Part shown: positions 28,620 to 39,582 of the stretch, piece after piece
Numbering within the stretch: the stretch's first letter is position 1
Layout of the letters: every line of letters begins with the position of its first letter
IMG/VR virus record: IMGVR_UViG_3300045988_165212
Strand: one strand, 5' to 3'
Length of the DNA: 64,000 nt
DNA from: a virus
Position numbers and translations under genes: made by a program
The notes under the pieces: generated by a model
What the model was told of the DNA's origin: nothing
What the model saw: the letters and a program-made list of their open reading frames with translations, nothing else
The model's database searches: none

Positions 28620-31600
28620 TTAACGGTTTATGTCTAATACTTGACCATAATAGGAGCCACTAACATAAGTAAGGGCTATGCTTACACTGTCACCTTTTCC
28701 TAAGCAAAGTTGGTCTGTGTTTCTGTTATCATCACGCCAATGTCCTCCATCATGGTTTAGCAAATCGCCATCACCATTTATTTTAACATAAACATTGTTA
28801 GAACTCTTTGAGCTATTTATGATTTTAACAGGGACACAAAAGGTTTTACTTTCTTCTATTCCAAGCTGCAATCGTATTTCATCCAATTTTGGCAAGGAAA
28901 CCCATGTGTTACCAGAAGAATTATTAAAAGCGGTCAATGTCGTACCATGGTCGAGTGTTATGATGTAAGCTGTACCTGCTTTTGTTGTATTGATAATTCT
29001 ACCAATTTCTAAGAATCCTCCATCACATACAATAGCTCCTTTTGTATAAAGTGCAACATCACGACTCAAGACATTATCACTTATTATTTTCACTGCTGGC
29101 AAATAACAGTCACCAGGATCAGGATTCATCTGCCGATAAAAATAACCAGCACAATTGCACCAGGAAGTTGATTCTGTCTGTTGTGGGTCTGCACCATTGC
29201 CAATAGCAACCTTTATGTTAGCCACATCACCTGGCTTGAATACTCCTACTTGTGATTGTAACTTAATCAGTCCTGGTCTAATTGCCGCTAAATCTTGTTT
29301 ATAACTATTATCTGTCCATTTTGCTGGGTCGCCATAATACAAGCCTTGGTTGTCTATCAGGAAATATCCTATTTTGCCTTCATAAGCCTCAATTTTACCT
29401 TTTATCTTGGCATTTTGTGCCTCAATGCTACCATCCTCCAATATTTTGAAATTTTCGTTGGCAGTCACAAGTCCTTCCAGCTTGATGTTGTCGGCACAGA
29501 TATGCACACCGCTTTCCAAATTTCCATTTTCATCTTTTGTGACGAATGCGGAAATGTCTGCCTGTTTGACAATGTTCTTGTCTTCATCTACCGCTGTGGC
29601 AAACATACCAGCAAAAGCCTCGATGCTGACATAATTGCCAATTTTCTCATTCAATCCCATCATGTCAGAATTGTACTGTTGCAACCATTCTGCATAGTCT
29701 GTAGCTGTCACAAGTCCAGCTTGGTTCTTTAGACTTCCGTCCTCATTGAACCTTTGGCTGATAAGTTCATTATACTTTGCTGTTGTTATGATGTCGCTTT
29801 CAGACAAAACATTGCCGTCCTTATCAAAATTTTGGGCTGCAATCTTTACAAGTGTTTCACTTTGTTCAAACAGCGTCTTATACTTGTATGCCAATGATTC
29901 CACACGGTCAGTTGAAAGAATGAGCATATACAGATAGATGTCGCCTGTGAAGCTCAGTTTGAAGTCACCAGTACCATTCCAAAGGCCATTGCAAGAATAT
30001 TGCTTGTAGCCATCAGTCTCAGCAATTTCCTCTTCAACGTGCATGGAGTTGAAATTTTCAAAGCCAGTCTTATCAACATTCTCAAACTCCACGGTCAATG
30101 TGCCAGCCTTGGCACATCTGTAGAAGAACGTGAGGAAAACAGGAATTGCCTCTTTGGTTCCGTCTTCTCTTGTGGTCATTGGTGGAATGCTCTGCAAATT
30201 GGTGTTCTTCTGGCTGATGTACTTGTTTCTGATGCGTACAACAGTTCTGCCCATGTCCTTACAGACACTTGCGCTGTTGCCACGTTTGGACAAAGCCTTT
30301 CCGTTAGTCCATATCCAACGATTGCCAGCGAGGAAGAAAACCGTTTCGTTCTCTGTAGCCCATTTGTCCATGCCATCAGAAAAGGCTGGATTGTTCAAAT
30401 AGCCTCGATCACTTGCAAAGTCCTGTCTCAGTCCCTCAACAGCGGATTCAATCTTTCCTTCCGTTATCTCGAACTTGGTCTTGATGTCTTCACCAGTCAC
30501 CAAGAGAAATGTACCACGTAAGTAGGCATTATCTGAATAAAGACCGTTTCCATGTGGTTGGTTGTTGGACGGAAACCAATCATCCTTGATTCCGTCAAGA
30601 TTGCCAAGTCTTGCACGCAAGGCATTGGTGAAACTCTTGCCATTCACACCATCCATGACATCAATCCTGGGCTGTCCGTCTTCTGTCGCTGATATGAGTA
30701 TGAGGTTTTGGCGATTGCTGTTTGTGGTGTTGCCCATCAATACACATTCATCGCCTTCTGCTGGTTCCGTCTTGTCAAACTCTTCCTTGGCTACAAGAAT
30801 GCCATCACCGTTCACACCTGCGACCTCGACCCAATAACTTTTCAGATTTGCACCCGTGAAGGTTTGACATCGCATCAAGTCATGTGCAACAAAAGTGTTT
30901 TCTTGCTCGAAGCGAATGAGGTAATAACCATCTTGCTCTTCAACACTCTTTATCTTGCCATTGGCTGCACTTACGCAAATCTGACCGCCGACACTCCTAA
31001 TCTTATTTATCAAGAGTTCAAAGATGGTCATTATCTGGCGCACGGTCAGTTTGTCAACAGTAAGATTGGAAAGACCACTTTCATCAATCCAAAGCTGCCA
31101 TCCCTCACCATTGAAGCCATCAACAAACTTGGCACTTCCCAAAAATTGGCGCACCACCATTGTCAGCAGTTCACCATTGCCTTTGCCATCCAAGTGACCA
31201 CCTGCAACGCCCTCCACAAAGTCACCGAGGTCAATACCCTCATCAAAGATGATTTTCTTTTTCGCTCGATCAATTTTCTTCTTACTAAGAAATTCCCTTT
31301 GGCTTCTTCGAGCTGAGAACAGATTTGTGTCAGTTGGCAAAGTGTTGTCCCATGTACGGATGATGTCTGGCAAACTTCCAGATGTGCGCTCACGTGTATA
31401 GTTCTTGATGTTGACCAAGCTGTCATTCACCTGATCCAATGTGCCACTTTGGAGTGCATCACTGATTTCCAAGTCCACTTGTGAAGGCAAGACAACCTTT
31501 CTTGTTATCTTGGTTATTCGGCTGCTTCTATACCCAGTATCAAGGAAAAACTTCTCACTTTCAAGCCTTACCCTACGACCAACGAACAAGTCTGCATTGT

Positions 31601-32846
31601 TCTGTTCCACCCAAACATGGTCGGTCTTGCCTTTGTAGATGCTGATGTCTTGCCAGTGTTCCGCATTATATTGGTCAACAGCCGTGCGGAACTCTTCTTC
31701 AGCAAGGGTGTAATATTCATCTGGCATTCTGATGTTCCAGAGAATGTAATGGTTGCCCTCTTTGGGAACAAGATTACCACCAGGCAGTTGCGTGTCATCA
31801 TCGTATGGCCATATCGTGATAATTTCAAACTCACGTGTCTTGCTGTCGAAATTCACCTCAAAGTAATGATCATCATCTGTTCCAAGACCTGCGAGTTCAC
31901 CATCTTGGAAGGAAACACGCTTTACCTCATTGGCAAGCTCGTATTCATTTGGGTCGAAATTGAGCGTATCATCCTTGAAGTAATAGATGATGAAAGGATT
32001 GCCGTCATCATCCGTCTTTGTCTCAGAGCGCACGCTGCTGACCAACCCTAAACGCCGTGGGTATATGCCGGAAAAGGCATCTTGCTCATAATGGTCATAT
32101 ATGCCGTATTCCTCAGTATGAAGTTCGATGTATTTCAAGCCACCAGGCAACATCAAGCGATTATGACCATATTTCTCTGGGTCGATGTTTCGTGTGCTGC
32201 CAATCGGGAACAGACGTGTGTAGAACTTGGCTGTGTTGCTGGTGTCTCGCTCCAGTTCTGTCAATCCATTGCCATAGCCAATGGCAAGTTCCTCACCATG
32301 TTCACAACGGCAAATGTTTACAGTTTGCCCCTCAATCCACCATTCGGCCTTTCCACCTACCTTTTCAGCGATTTCCTTCAAGGCTTCATCGCAATACTTA
32401 CCATCATAGTCAATGACAATGTTATCAGTGCCATCCACTTGGCCAATCTTCCAGTCAGTAGTATGATCCAAGCCATTATTGATGCACTTCACTATCATCT
32501 TCACATGGTCACGTGGTGGAGCCGTGAGAGTGAACACTGGTTCTGCGTTGCCGTCAGTGGTTTCAAGCACCAGGAAACGTTTGATGATGCTCTCAATGCC
32601 ATATAGCTTCAAGTCATACACCCATTCTGTTTCACTGTTCTGCTTTGGGGCATACTTTTCCATCAGCCAATAACGTTCGCCCTCAAAGTCCGTGTAATCA
32701 TTCACGTCAAGGGTAATGTTGGCATAATGGGTGAATGAAAGGGTGAGGATGTTGTCACCCTGCACCTCCTTCACTTGTGTTGAGCTGTCATCAGGGGCAA
32801 TCTCAGCCTTTGCATAGCCTGTTTTGTCGTATATTGTTTGAACCAT
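28620..32846 (-). CDS. tail-associated / baseplate hub protein (Tal-like minor structural protein)
   Basis: 1408 aa, two genes downstream of the tape measure. The N-terminus resembles siphophage tail-tip proteins. Confidence 0.65.
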   Translation of the reverse strand: MVQTIYDKTGYAKAEIAPDDSSTQVKEVQGDNILTLSFTHYANITLDVNDYTDFEGERYWLMEKYAPKQNSETEWVYDLKLYGIESIIKRFLVLETTDGNAEPVFTLTAPPRDHVKMIVKCINNGLDHTTDWKIGQVDGTDNIVIDYDGKYCDEALKEIAEKVGGKAEWWIEGQTVNICRCEHGEELAIGYGNGLTELERDTSNTAKFYTRLFPIGSTRNIDPEKYGHNRLMLPGGLKYIELHTEEYGIYDHYEQDAFSGIYPRRLGLVSSVRSETKTDDDGNPFIIYYFKDDTLNFDPNEYELANEVKRVSFQDGELAGLGTDDDHYFEVNFDSKTREFEIITIWPYDDDTQLPGGNLVPKEGNHYILWNIRMPDEYYTLAEEEFRTAVDQYNAEHWQDISIYKGKTDHVWVEQNNADLFVGRRVRLESEKFFLDTGYRSSRITKITRKVVLPSQVDLEISDALQSGTLDQVNDSLVNIKNYTRERTSGSLPDIIRTWDNTLPTDTNLFSARRSQREFLSKKKIDRAKKKIIFDEGIDLGDFVEGVAGGHLDGKGNGELLTMVVRQFLGSAKFVDGFNGEGWQLWIDESGLSNLTVDKLTVRQIMTIFELLINKIRSVGGQICVSAANGKIKSVEEQDGYYLIRFEQENTFVAHDLMRCQTFTGANLKSYWVEVAGVNGDGILVAKEEFDKTEPAEGDECVLMGNTTNSNRQNLILISATEDGQPRIDVMDGVNGKSFTNALRARLGNLDGIKDDWFPSNNQPHGNGLYSDNAYLRGTFLLVTGEDIKTKFEITEGKIESAVEGLRQDFASDRGYLNNPAFSDGMDKWATENETVFFLAGNRWIWTNGKALSKRGNSASVCKDMGRTVVRIRNKYISQKNTNLQSIPPMTTREDGTKEAIPVFLTFFYRCAKAGTLTVEFENVDKTGFENFNSMHVEEEIAETDGYKQYSCNGLWNGTGDFKLSFTGDIYLYMLILSTDRVESLAYKYKTLFEQSETLVKIAAQNFDKDGNVLSESDIITTAKYNELISQRFNEDGSLKNQAGLVTATDYAEWLQQYNSDMMGLNEKIGNYVSIEAFAGMFATAVDEDKNIVKQADISAFVTKDENGNLESGVHICADNIKLEGLVTANENFKILEDGSIEAQNAKIKGKIEAYEGKIGYFLIDNQGLYYGDPAKWTDNSYKQDLAAIRPGLIKLQSQVGVFKPGDVANIKVAIGNGADPQQTESTSWCNCAGYFYRQMNPDPGDCYLPAVKIISDNVLSRDVALYTKGAIVCDGGFLEIGRIINTTKAGTAYIITLDHGTTLTAFNNSSGNTWVSLPKLDEIRLQLGIEESKTFCVPVKIINSSKSSNNVYVKINGDGDLLNHDGGHWRDDNRNTDQLCLGKGDSVSIALTYVSGSYYGQVLDINR

Positions 32847-32870
32847 GTTTCAATACTGTTGTAATGTCAT

Positions 32871-33335
32871 TTAAATGATGGGGACTGGCTCACGGAATTT
32901 CACTTTGAACTTGCTTGCCTGCACACCATCTTTCCATATATAGGTCAGAGGCTTAAACTTTCCACAATCCAAGAATCTCATGTGCAATGTCAAGTCAAGG
33001 TCAGGAAAAGCGAAGTCAAGCCAACCGTTTTTGCCTTGCTTCAGGAACTTGATGAAATCAGCATACGATTTCAACCATCCTTCCTTGGTCTTGTTATACA
33101 TGGCAAAATACAGTTCCACGTCACGAGCTTCATTCTTTGGTGTCAATACGTCAGAGTATTTTTCACCATCCTCCTCTCTAATGTTCACTGCCGTTTCATC
33201 CTTTGTCTTGCTTGGTGTAAGTATGGCGGTCAGATTGGCCATGTCGCCCTTTTTGTCTTCTGTCAGAAAAACACCATATTCTTTCCAGATGTCAGTGCCA
33301 TTGACCAGTACCTGGCCACTAAGTATTTCATCCAT
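32871..33335 (-). CDS. putative distal tail protein
   Basis: 154 aa, directly after the tape measure. Called by position only. Confidence 0.4.
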   Translation of the reverse strand: MDEILSGQVLVNGTDIWKEYGVFLTEDKKGDMANLTAILTPSKTKDETAVNIREEDGEKYSDVLTPKNEARDVELYFAMYNKTKEGWLKSYADFIKFLKQGKNGWLDFAFPDLDLTLHMRFLDCGKFKPLTYIWKDGVQASKFKVKFREPVPII

Positions 33336-33336
33336 A

Positions 33337-36300
33337 TTATTTCATTTTAAGTCCATCACGAATAATCTTTCTTATTTCCTCCTTGATGTCGTTCAGATGC
33401 GTGACACTCATTCCTGTGTTTTCGGCAATGCGTGCCAGATGGCTTTCAGCCACATTCATCTTCTCGACCACGTTTTCAAGTTGGTCATCCATGCTTGACC
33501 AATGTTGCAAGCCACTGGTGAACATACCTTCGAGCTTTGTGCCTTGATCTTGTGCCATGGCTGAGAAACCGCCACTTTTACCACTTTGGCTTGTGCTGCT
33601 GTTACCAGTGTACCCAGTGGCTTCTGCAAGTTTGTCACGCAAGGCAATGGCATCTTTTACATAGCCCATGTATTCCTCTTGGAGTGCATTGCGCTCTGCC
33701 TCTGTCAGGTCATTGTCTTCCATAGCAGCACCAAACTTCTTCCACCATTCCTTTAGCTTGTCAGCATAGATTTCACCAATCTGGTTTGAAAGCATGGCAC
33801 GCATGAAGTATTCTGACAGATCATCAGCCATATCTTCAGCCGTGGCATTCATATCCATAAGGGTGTCCACAAAGCTGTCATACATGGAATCGAAGGAAAT
33901 GCCAGTCAATCCCTCATAGAGTTCATCGGTCAGTTCCTCCAGTTTGCCAGCCTGGTCTATGTAGTCATTCAGCTTGTCAGCAACGTCATTTCCATAACCA
34001 CCCTTGCCAGTGTTCTTGATATATTCCCAAATACCGACATTGGAGCGAAGTTTCTTCATTTCCTCTGGGCTAAGACTCCAGAGATCACCATTGAAGTCTT
34101 CTTTTACGTTCTGCTTGATCCAGGCAGTTTGGTCATTGTTGAAGCCATTCCAATAGTAGTTCCAACTATGATGCTTTTTCCAATAACCGGCTTGCGCCTT
34201 TGCCATATCCAGATAATTCTGGTTGGCTTCTTGCTGGTTGGCGTATGCCTGTTGATAGGCTACTACTGATTTTGTTCCCTTGCTTGCCTTGATTTCGTCT
34301 GTCAAATCCTCGATGGCATATTGCAGAAGCTCGTTGCGCTTGGTCAAGTCGTCAATGGTCTTTTGCACCTTGGCTTCATTGCCATTCAAACCGAAAAGGT
34401 CAAGGTCATCAATGCCAAACCAACTGCCAATGCCACTGACCAAACCTTGCAAGATGTTGCCCACATCCTTGATGATGGACAAAACGATTTCAGGCAAATC
34501 CTCAACAATTTTTTCCACACAATCGGCGATTTTGTTCAAGAGGTCATCAATGAAGCCCTTTGGATCATCACCAAGCGCATCAATGATTTGAAGGATTGCG
34601 CCAATGATACCGCCTATCTTGCCACCAAGCTCATTCAATGACTTGCCTATTCCGTCTGAGCCTTTTCCAAGTGAGGTAATGAGTTTGCTCATACCATTGG
34701 CAAAGCCATACAGGGAACCATTTGACATTTCATTCAGATAGTTGGTGAAGTTCTGAATGCCTTGCGCTGCTGCATTGGTGTTGTCCGTGAGCGTCTGGCG
34801 TGCCTTGTTGCTTTCATCCTGTGCCTCCGTTTGCTCAGTGGCAGTGGCATCGACCTTTCCTTGTGCAATATCAACCGCTTTCTGGGCAATTTCCTTTGAG
34901 GTGTCATCAGTAGCAGCAGCCAAGTTTGCTTGCGCCTTTTCCAGTTCATCGACCGCCCTTGTGTGGGCATCCGTCTTGTTTTGGAGATTTCGCACGCTTT
35001 CTTGGTATGCCGTGACATTCTTGGAGATTGTACCCCATATCTTGAAGTTGAACGGACTGGTGCTTTCCGCACCTGTCTCTTGCTTCAACTTGGCTTGCAA
35101 GTCAGTGTAAGTCTTTTTGTTTTCAGCAGACAAAGCCTTGAACTCAGCCGTCTTCATGTACGTCTCCACCTTGCCAAGTGTCTCTTTTGCCACATCTTTC
35201 AGCACATTGCCCACGCCCTCAAAGGTAGTACCCCAGTCTATATCCAGGGCAAGGCTCTTGGCATCCACTTGGCTCATGGCGGTGTCACGCTGCTTTTCGA
35301 GTGCCTTCACCTTCCACTGTTTTTCATCAGCAGTGCCAGCACCCTCATTCACCTCCTTAATCTTTTCAGCATATTCCTTGGCAATGGCATACTTTTGTTC
35401 TTGTATGGTTCCATACTCCTTCAAATAGTCTGTCATGGCAAGCAACTCATCCTTCAAGGCTTCCTTGTTGGCTTCCTCGATGGCCTTAGTTCTGCTTTTC
35501 TCGTTCAAGGCGTGCGCCTCGTTAATGGCATCGGTCTGTTCCGTGGTAAGTCCATTTGTACCAGTGGCAATGCCTGCTTTCTTGTTATCTCGTTTCCATG
35601 CGGTTTCTTGCTTGTTTATCTCGTTCTTCTGAGCCTGATAGTCGTTTTCTATCTGGCGAAGTTTCTTTTCCAAGCCTTCTTGCATGGTATTAATTTCTTC
35701 CTCGTCATTTTTACGTTGCAGTTCTGCAAGTTCCTGACCCACCTTTTCCTTGGTCTGCTTGCGGCGTTCTTCCGCTGCTTCTTCCTTGGCTCTTGCAGCT
35801 TCCGCCTTGGCTGCTGCCTTTTGTGCTTTCTCGCTGTCTTTGTCCGAACCAGGTTTGCGTGAATCATATTCCTTTTTGGCAAGTTCCATTTTTTCCTTTA
35901 GTTCCTTTGCCTTTTTGTCATATTCTTCTTTGGTTAGGTTGTTTGAGCCTTTGCTGATGAAGTCGTTGTATTTCTTCAATGCTACTTGATAAGCCCTCTT
36001 GTCGGCTGCGCCCCAATCAGAACTTGATTTTCTTGGTTCATTACGGCGGTTCTGCTCAGATTTCAATTTGTTGAGTTGATACTGCAATTCATCCTTGGTG
36101 TATGTGCCACGGATATTTTTGCCGTCATTGGTTGTATAGCCATATTTATGACCAGACATATTCATTCGGGCAATGAGGCTTTCGCGCTCCTTTATCTGCT
36201 TTTTCAGATCGTTGTTGCTGACCCTTGTGAGATTGTCAAAGTAAGCGTTCACAGAATCCTTGCGCACCTGCTTGTTTAGGTTCTGTTGCTTCTTTTGAAG

Positions 36301-37821
36301 GTTTTTGAGTTCGGCTTCCTCTTTCTTGCTCAAACCTCCGACTTTCTTCATACTTGTACCAGAGCTATTGCTTTCAACCCACTTTTCCGTGCGCTGTTTT
36401 GCTTCAAGCTCTTTGATGCGTTTGTTTACGCTGTTGAGTTCGTTCTTTGGCTTTGTTATGCTTTGCCCAGCCTCCAACTCAGCAATCTCCAACTTGATTT
36501 TCTTGATGTTTTTCAGCTTCTCATACTCTGTGTCATATTTGGCAAAGATAGCAGGGTATTTCTGTTCGAGGCGATTCAATGCCTCACGTCTTGTGTCGGT
36601 GCTGAGAGCTTCATCACCAGCAATGGAACAAAGCTCTTCCATCTTGCGTTTGTGTTCTTCCTCAGCCTCAATGACCTTTTGTTTTTGCGCCTCATAGTCT
36701 TCATCGGCTGCTTGCATCAGTTCTGTTTCCGTCTTCATGGAAACCATTACGGCGATAACACTTGCAATGGCTGTGGCAACCAATACGTATGGATTGCTTA
36801 GCATGGTAGCGTTAAGCAGCTTCTGCGCTTTCTCCACCATGACAATCCAACCGTAGTGAATGGCTTCCGCTGCGGTCATGCCACCAATACCAACCGTTAT
36901 GAGACTGTGGACTGCTGCCACCGTCATGCAAGCCGTGCGGTATGTTCCATAAGTGGCAACCAATCCCATCAGAACACGTCCGAATTGCTCATAATGTTCC
37001 ACGATATAGGAGACACCGCTAAGTGTTGTATTGATAACACCCTCGCTTTGCTTACCTAAGTCGTTGAACATTGTTGAAATAGCATCTTCGATGTTGCTTA
37101 TCTGTCCTGATATGGTCTTGCTCTGTTCCTCCATCAAGCCACCGAACTTACTGCCTTCACCAGTAAGGTTCTCTATGACTTTCTGCACTTCTGGGAATCC
37201 CACCTTGCCAGCCTCCACCAAGTCCTTCACCTTGCTTTCTGCCACACCAAACACCTTGGCGAGTTCCTGGATCATCGGAATGCCACGACCTGTGAACTGG
37301 TTAAGGTCTTGCGTGTAAAGTCTGCCTTGCGCCATCGTTGTTCCGTACAGATAAACGAGTTCATTCAATGGCATACTAAGACCTGCGGCAATGTCACCCA
37401 GACGAATCAAGGTTTCGTTCACCTTCTCTGCCTCCATGCCATACGCCAAGAGTTGTTTCGCACCCTGTGCCACACCTTCAAGGCCATACGGTGTCGTGGC
37501 TGCTGTATGAATCAGCTGAGCCATCAGATTATCGGCTTTGTCTGCACTGCCAAGCATGACATTGAAAGCCACCTCCAATTTCTGGAACTCGCCCCTGACA
37601 GTAGCGACCTCCGTAATAACCTGCTTCATGGAAAAAGCCATGCCAAGCCCCATGAGCGACTTTTTCACCCTGTCGCTCATGTTCTCCAGTCCACTCAATC
37701 CTTTCTTGGCTTCATCGGTGTAACCCTTCAAGGCATCCATCTTCTTGTTTACCCTGTCAAGTCCACCGCTGATGCGGTCAAGGAGTTCAATTTCTATTGC
37801 TACCGTCTTGCCTTTGCTCAT
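33337..37821 (-). CDS. tail tape measure protein
   Basis: 1494 aa. TMP core LSMPLNELVYLYGTTMAQGRLYTQDLNQFTGRGIPMIQELAKVFG, long coiled-coil regions and internal TM segments. Confidence 0.9.
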   Translation of the reverse strand: MSKGKTVAIEIELLDRISGGLDRVNKKMDALKGYTDEAKKGLSGLENMSDRVKKSLMGLGMAFSMKQVITEVATVRGEFQKLEVAFNVMLGSADKADNLMAQLIHTAATTPYGLEGVAQGAKQLLAYGMEAEKVNETLIRLGDIAAGLSMPLNELVYLYGTTMAQGRLYTQDLNQFTGRGIPMIQELAKVFGVAESKVKDLVEAGKVGFPEVQKVIENLTGEGSKFGGLMEEQSKTISGQISNIEDAISTMFNDLGKQSEGVINTTLSGVSYIVEHYEQFGRVLMGLVATYGTYRTACMTVAAVHSLITVGIGGMTAAEAIHYGWIVMVEKAQKLLNATMLSNPYVLVATAIASVIAVMVSMKTETELMQAADEDYEAQKQKVIEAEEEHKRKMEELCSIAGDEALSTDTRREALNRLEQKYPAIFAKYDTEYEKLKNIKKIKLEIAELEAGQSITKPKNELNSVNKRIKELEAKQRTEKWVESNSSGTSMKKVGGLSKKEEAELKNLQKKQQNLNKQVRKDSVNAYFDNLTRVSNNDLKKQIKERESLIARMNMSGHKYGYTTNDGKNIRGTYTKDELQYQLNKLKSEQNRRNEPRKSSSDWGAADKRAYQVALKKYNDFISKGSNNLTKEEYDKKAKELKEKMELAKKEYDSRKPGSDKDSEKAQKAAAKAEAARAKEEAAEERRKQTKEKVGQELAELQRKNDEEEINTMQEGLEKKLRQIENDYQAQKNEINKQETAWKRDNKKAGIATGTNGLTTEQTDAINEAHALNEKSRTKAIEEANKEALKDELLAMTDYLKEYGTIQEQKYAIAKEYAEKIKEVNEGAGTADEKQWKVKALEKQRDTAMSQVDAKSLALDIDWGTTFEGVGNVLKDVAKETLGKVETYMKTAEFKALSAENKKTYTDLQAKLKQETGAESTSPFNFKIWGTISKNVTAYQESVRNLQNKTDAHTRAVDELEKAQANLAAATDDTSKEIAQKAVDIAQGKVDATATEQTEAQDESNKARQTLTDNTNAAAQGIQNFTNYLNEMSNGSLYGFANGMSKLITSLGKGSDGIGKSLNELGGKIGGIIGAILQIIDALGDDPKGFIDDLLNKIADCVEKIVEDLPEIVLSIIKDVGNILQGLVSGIGSWFGIDDLDLFGLNGNEAKVQKTIDDLTKRNELLQYAIEDLTDEIKASKGTKSVVAYQQAYANQQEANQNYLDMAKAQAGYWKKHHSWNYYWNGFNNDQTAWIKQNVKEDFNGDLWSLSPEEMKKLRSNVGIWEYIKNTGKGGYGNDVADKLNDYIDQAGKLEELTDELYEGLTGISFDSMYDSFVDTLMDMNATAEDMADDLSEYFMRAMLSNQIGEIYADKLKEWWKKFGAAMEDNDLTEAERNALQEEYMGYVKDAIALRDKLAEATGYTGNSSTSQSGKSGGFSAMAQDQGTKLEGMFTSGLQHWSSMDDQLENVVEKMNVAESHLARIAENTGMSVTHLNDIKEEIRKIIRDGLKMK

Positions 37822-38258
37822 TTCAATTTACTTTGGAAAAATCCTACAATGTCATCGGCTTCCTCCTTGGCACTTCTTTCGTCCTTGGGCTTGCCGTTCT
37901 TTTTCTTGCTAACATAATGTGGGGCATCACTCAGCATCATAATCAAGGTTTGGTAATTGACACCATTAAGGATATAGTCAACGCTCCAACCTGTTTCGCT
38001 TGCTATCTGCCACACAAAACCGAAAGGGCTATGGGAACCTTCGAATTCGCTCGTTAACTCCCTTTCTTCTTTTGGCTCTTCCTCAGCTTCATCGGATTCA
38101 CCGCTTCTGCCGATTTGATAATATCTGTAAAACTGTCCGTTCCCATCAGCCCGACAAATTTCTTTATCACGCTGACAAGATACTTGTTTTCCATCCAGTT
38201 TCTCACAACCCATGCCGTTAAGCCAACAAACAGATGTCGGCTTATCCAGCCACGACAA
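37818..38258 (-). CDS. -1 frame extension of the tail assembly chaperone (T-like part)
   Basis: Open in the -1 frame relative to 38054..38545, with a 205-nt overlap. Has no ATG of its own (the track start is TTG). Confidence 0.5.
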   Translation of the reverse strand: MSWLDKPTSVCWLNGMGCEKLDGKQVSCQRDKEICRADGNGQFYRYYQIGRSGESDEAEEEPKEERELTSEFEGSHSPFGFVWQIASETGWSVDYILNGVNYQTLIMMLSDAPHYVSKKKNGKPKDERSAKEEADDIVGFFQSKLK

Positions 38259-38545
38259 AGGGTGTAAGCTATCATGCGACTGATTTTCTTGCCATGATCA
38301 GCAAGGAATCTCATTTCTTCCTCCTTGGAGAAATGCCACATTTCTTCACTGGTCACGCCCATTGCCAGCCATTCCCTTGCAATTCTGATTTGTCCTGCCA
38401 AGGTAGGTCGGCGCATGGTCACACGTAAATGAATGGACTTTTTGCAAAAAGGAAGGTGCAACTCCTTCAATGGCACTGAAAGACCAGTGTCCAAAAGGGC
38501 TTCCGCACCTTCCTTTTCTATTAGTCTGATGGTGTTCTCATCCAT
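38054..38545 (-). CDS. tail assembly chaperone (G-like)
   Basis: 163 aa, between the tube and tape-measure genes. Confidence 0.6.
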   Translation of the reverse strand: MDENTIRLIEKEGAEALLDTGLSVPLKELHLPFCKKSIHLRVTMRRPTLAGQIRIAREWLAMGVTSEEMWHFSKEEEMRFLADHGKKISRMIAYTLCRGWISRHLFVGLTAWVVRNWMENKYLVSVIKKFVGLMGTDSFTDIIKSAEAVNPMKLRKSQKKKGS

Positions 38546-38548
38546 ACA

Positions 38549-39076
38549 CTAAACCTTCACGCTGTTTGCCTGGCTGGTGGATGATGCACTTAATGGATTG
38601 GCCGTGTCATTGATTTCGTATGGCGCACTACCATCAGAAGGCTTGTTCACCTTCAACTGACATTCCAGCTTCGATACCTCTGTAAGTGTGAGCTTGCCAC
38701 CGAGATTGGCCAAGATTGTTGCATTCGGTATGGTGCAAGTCTGGCCTGAAACAAAGTCAATAGTCCATTTGCCAGAAAGATGCACAAGGCTTGTTGGTGC
38801 TTTCCAGCCTGTGTACTTCCCAGTAGTTCCTACGAGAGTACCACCAAGCACCATCTGAATGTTCTCGTAGTTCAACTGTATTATGTTGAATGTTGGCGAG
38901 ATTGTTGCATTTTTAGTTGGAATTGTCAGCACTGGCGCATCGGGAACTTGCTCTGCATCAATGTCAGTACTCTCAGGCTTTGTGCCGCCCCAGTCCCATG
39001 AACCTTTCTCAATGTAGCCAATGGTCTTTTCACCAAACTTTACGGCTCCAATGCCGTACATGAAATTCTTATTCAT
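38549..39076 (-). CDS. major tail (tube) protein
   Basis: 175 aa. Called from its position upstream of the chaperone pair and its composition. No sheath gene is present. Confidence 0.65.
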   Translation of the reverse strand: MNKNFMYGIGAVKFGEKTIGYIEKGSWDWGGTKPESTDIDAEQVPDAPVLTIPTKNATISPTFNIIQLNYENIQMVLGGTLVGTTGKYTGWKAPTSLVHLSGKWTIDFVSGQTCTIPNATILANLGGKLTLTEVSKLECQLKVNKPSDGSAPYEINDTANPLSASSTSQANSVKV

Positions 39077-39582
39077 TTTTTTCTTGTTTTGATTGTGATT
39101 ATTATGCCAGACACCAGTCCGACAATAAAACTGAATATTGCCACTTTAACAGGGTTTGAACATTGTTCTTTCTCTGTTTTAATGGTGTTAGAGAGTTCTG
39201 CGTTTTGCTTTGCCAGCTTCTTGTTTTGTTCCTCATAATAGAGGCACAACACTTGCAAGCTGTCACAAGAGGCATCAATGTATATCACATCTTTACCATC
39301 TTGCTTTCCAACGCTTGCCTTCACGTTGGCACGCCCTTGCTTGTTGCCAAAGGATGCACCAGACGGCAAACAGCCTATGCTGTCAAGTGGAATGATCAGA
39401 TGCACCTGGTCTTGTGGCACCTTTTCCATCCACATTATTTTTGTCGTGGTCTGTTTGCTTTCTACGCTGTCCCTTACCACCTTTTCCTCTTCCTGGGTTG
39501 TCATCGTCTTCGTCGAGCGACAACTCACTGCTGACAGGGCAAGAATTGCGATGAGGACAAAGTTTGATAGCCTCGATCGCAC
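39073..39582 (-). CDS. lipoprotein with C-terminal TM helix (spanin-like)
   Basis: In-frame GTG at 39582 gives MRSRLSNFVLIAILALSAVSC (lipobox). C-terminal TM VAIFSFIVGLVSGIIITI. An alternative ATG lies at 39660. Overlaps 39383..39841 in another frame. Confidence 0.45.
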   Translation of the reverse strand: MRSRLSNFVLIAILALSAVSCRSTKTMTTQEEEKVVRDSVESKQTTTKIMWMEKVPQDQVHLIIPLDSIGCLPSGASFGNKQGRANVKASVGKQDGKDVIYIDASCDSLQVLCLYYEEQNKKLAKQNAELSNTIKTEKEQCSNPVKVAIFSFIVGLVSGIIITIKTRKK

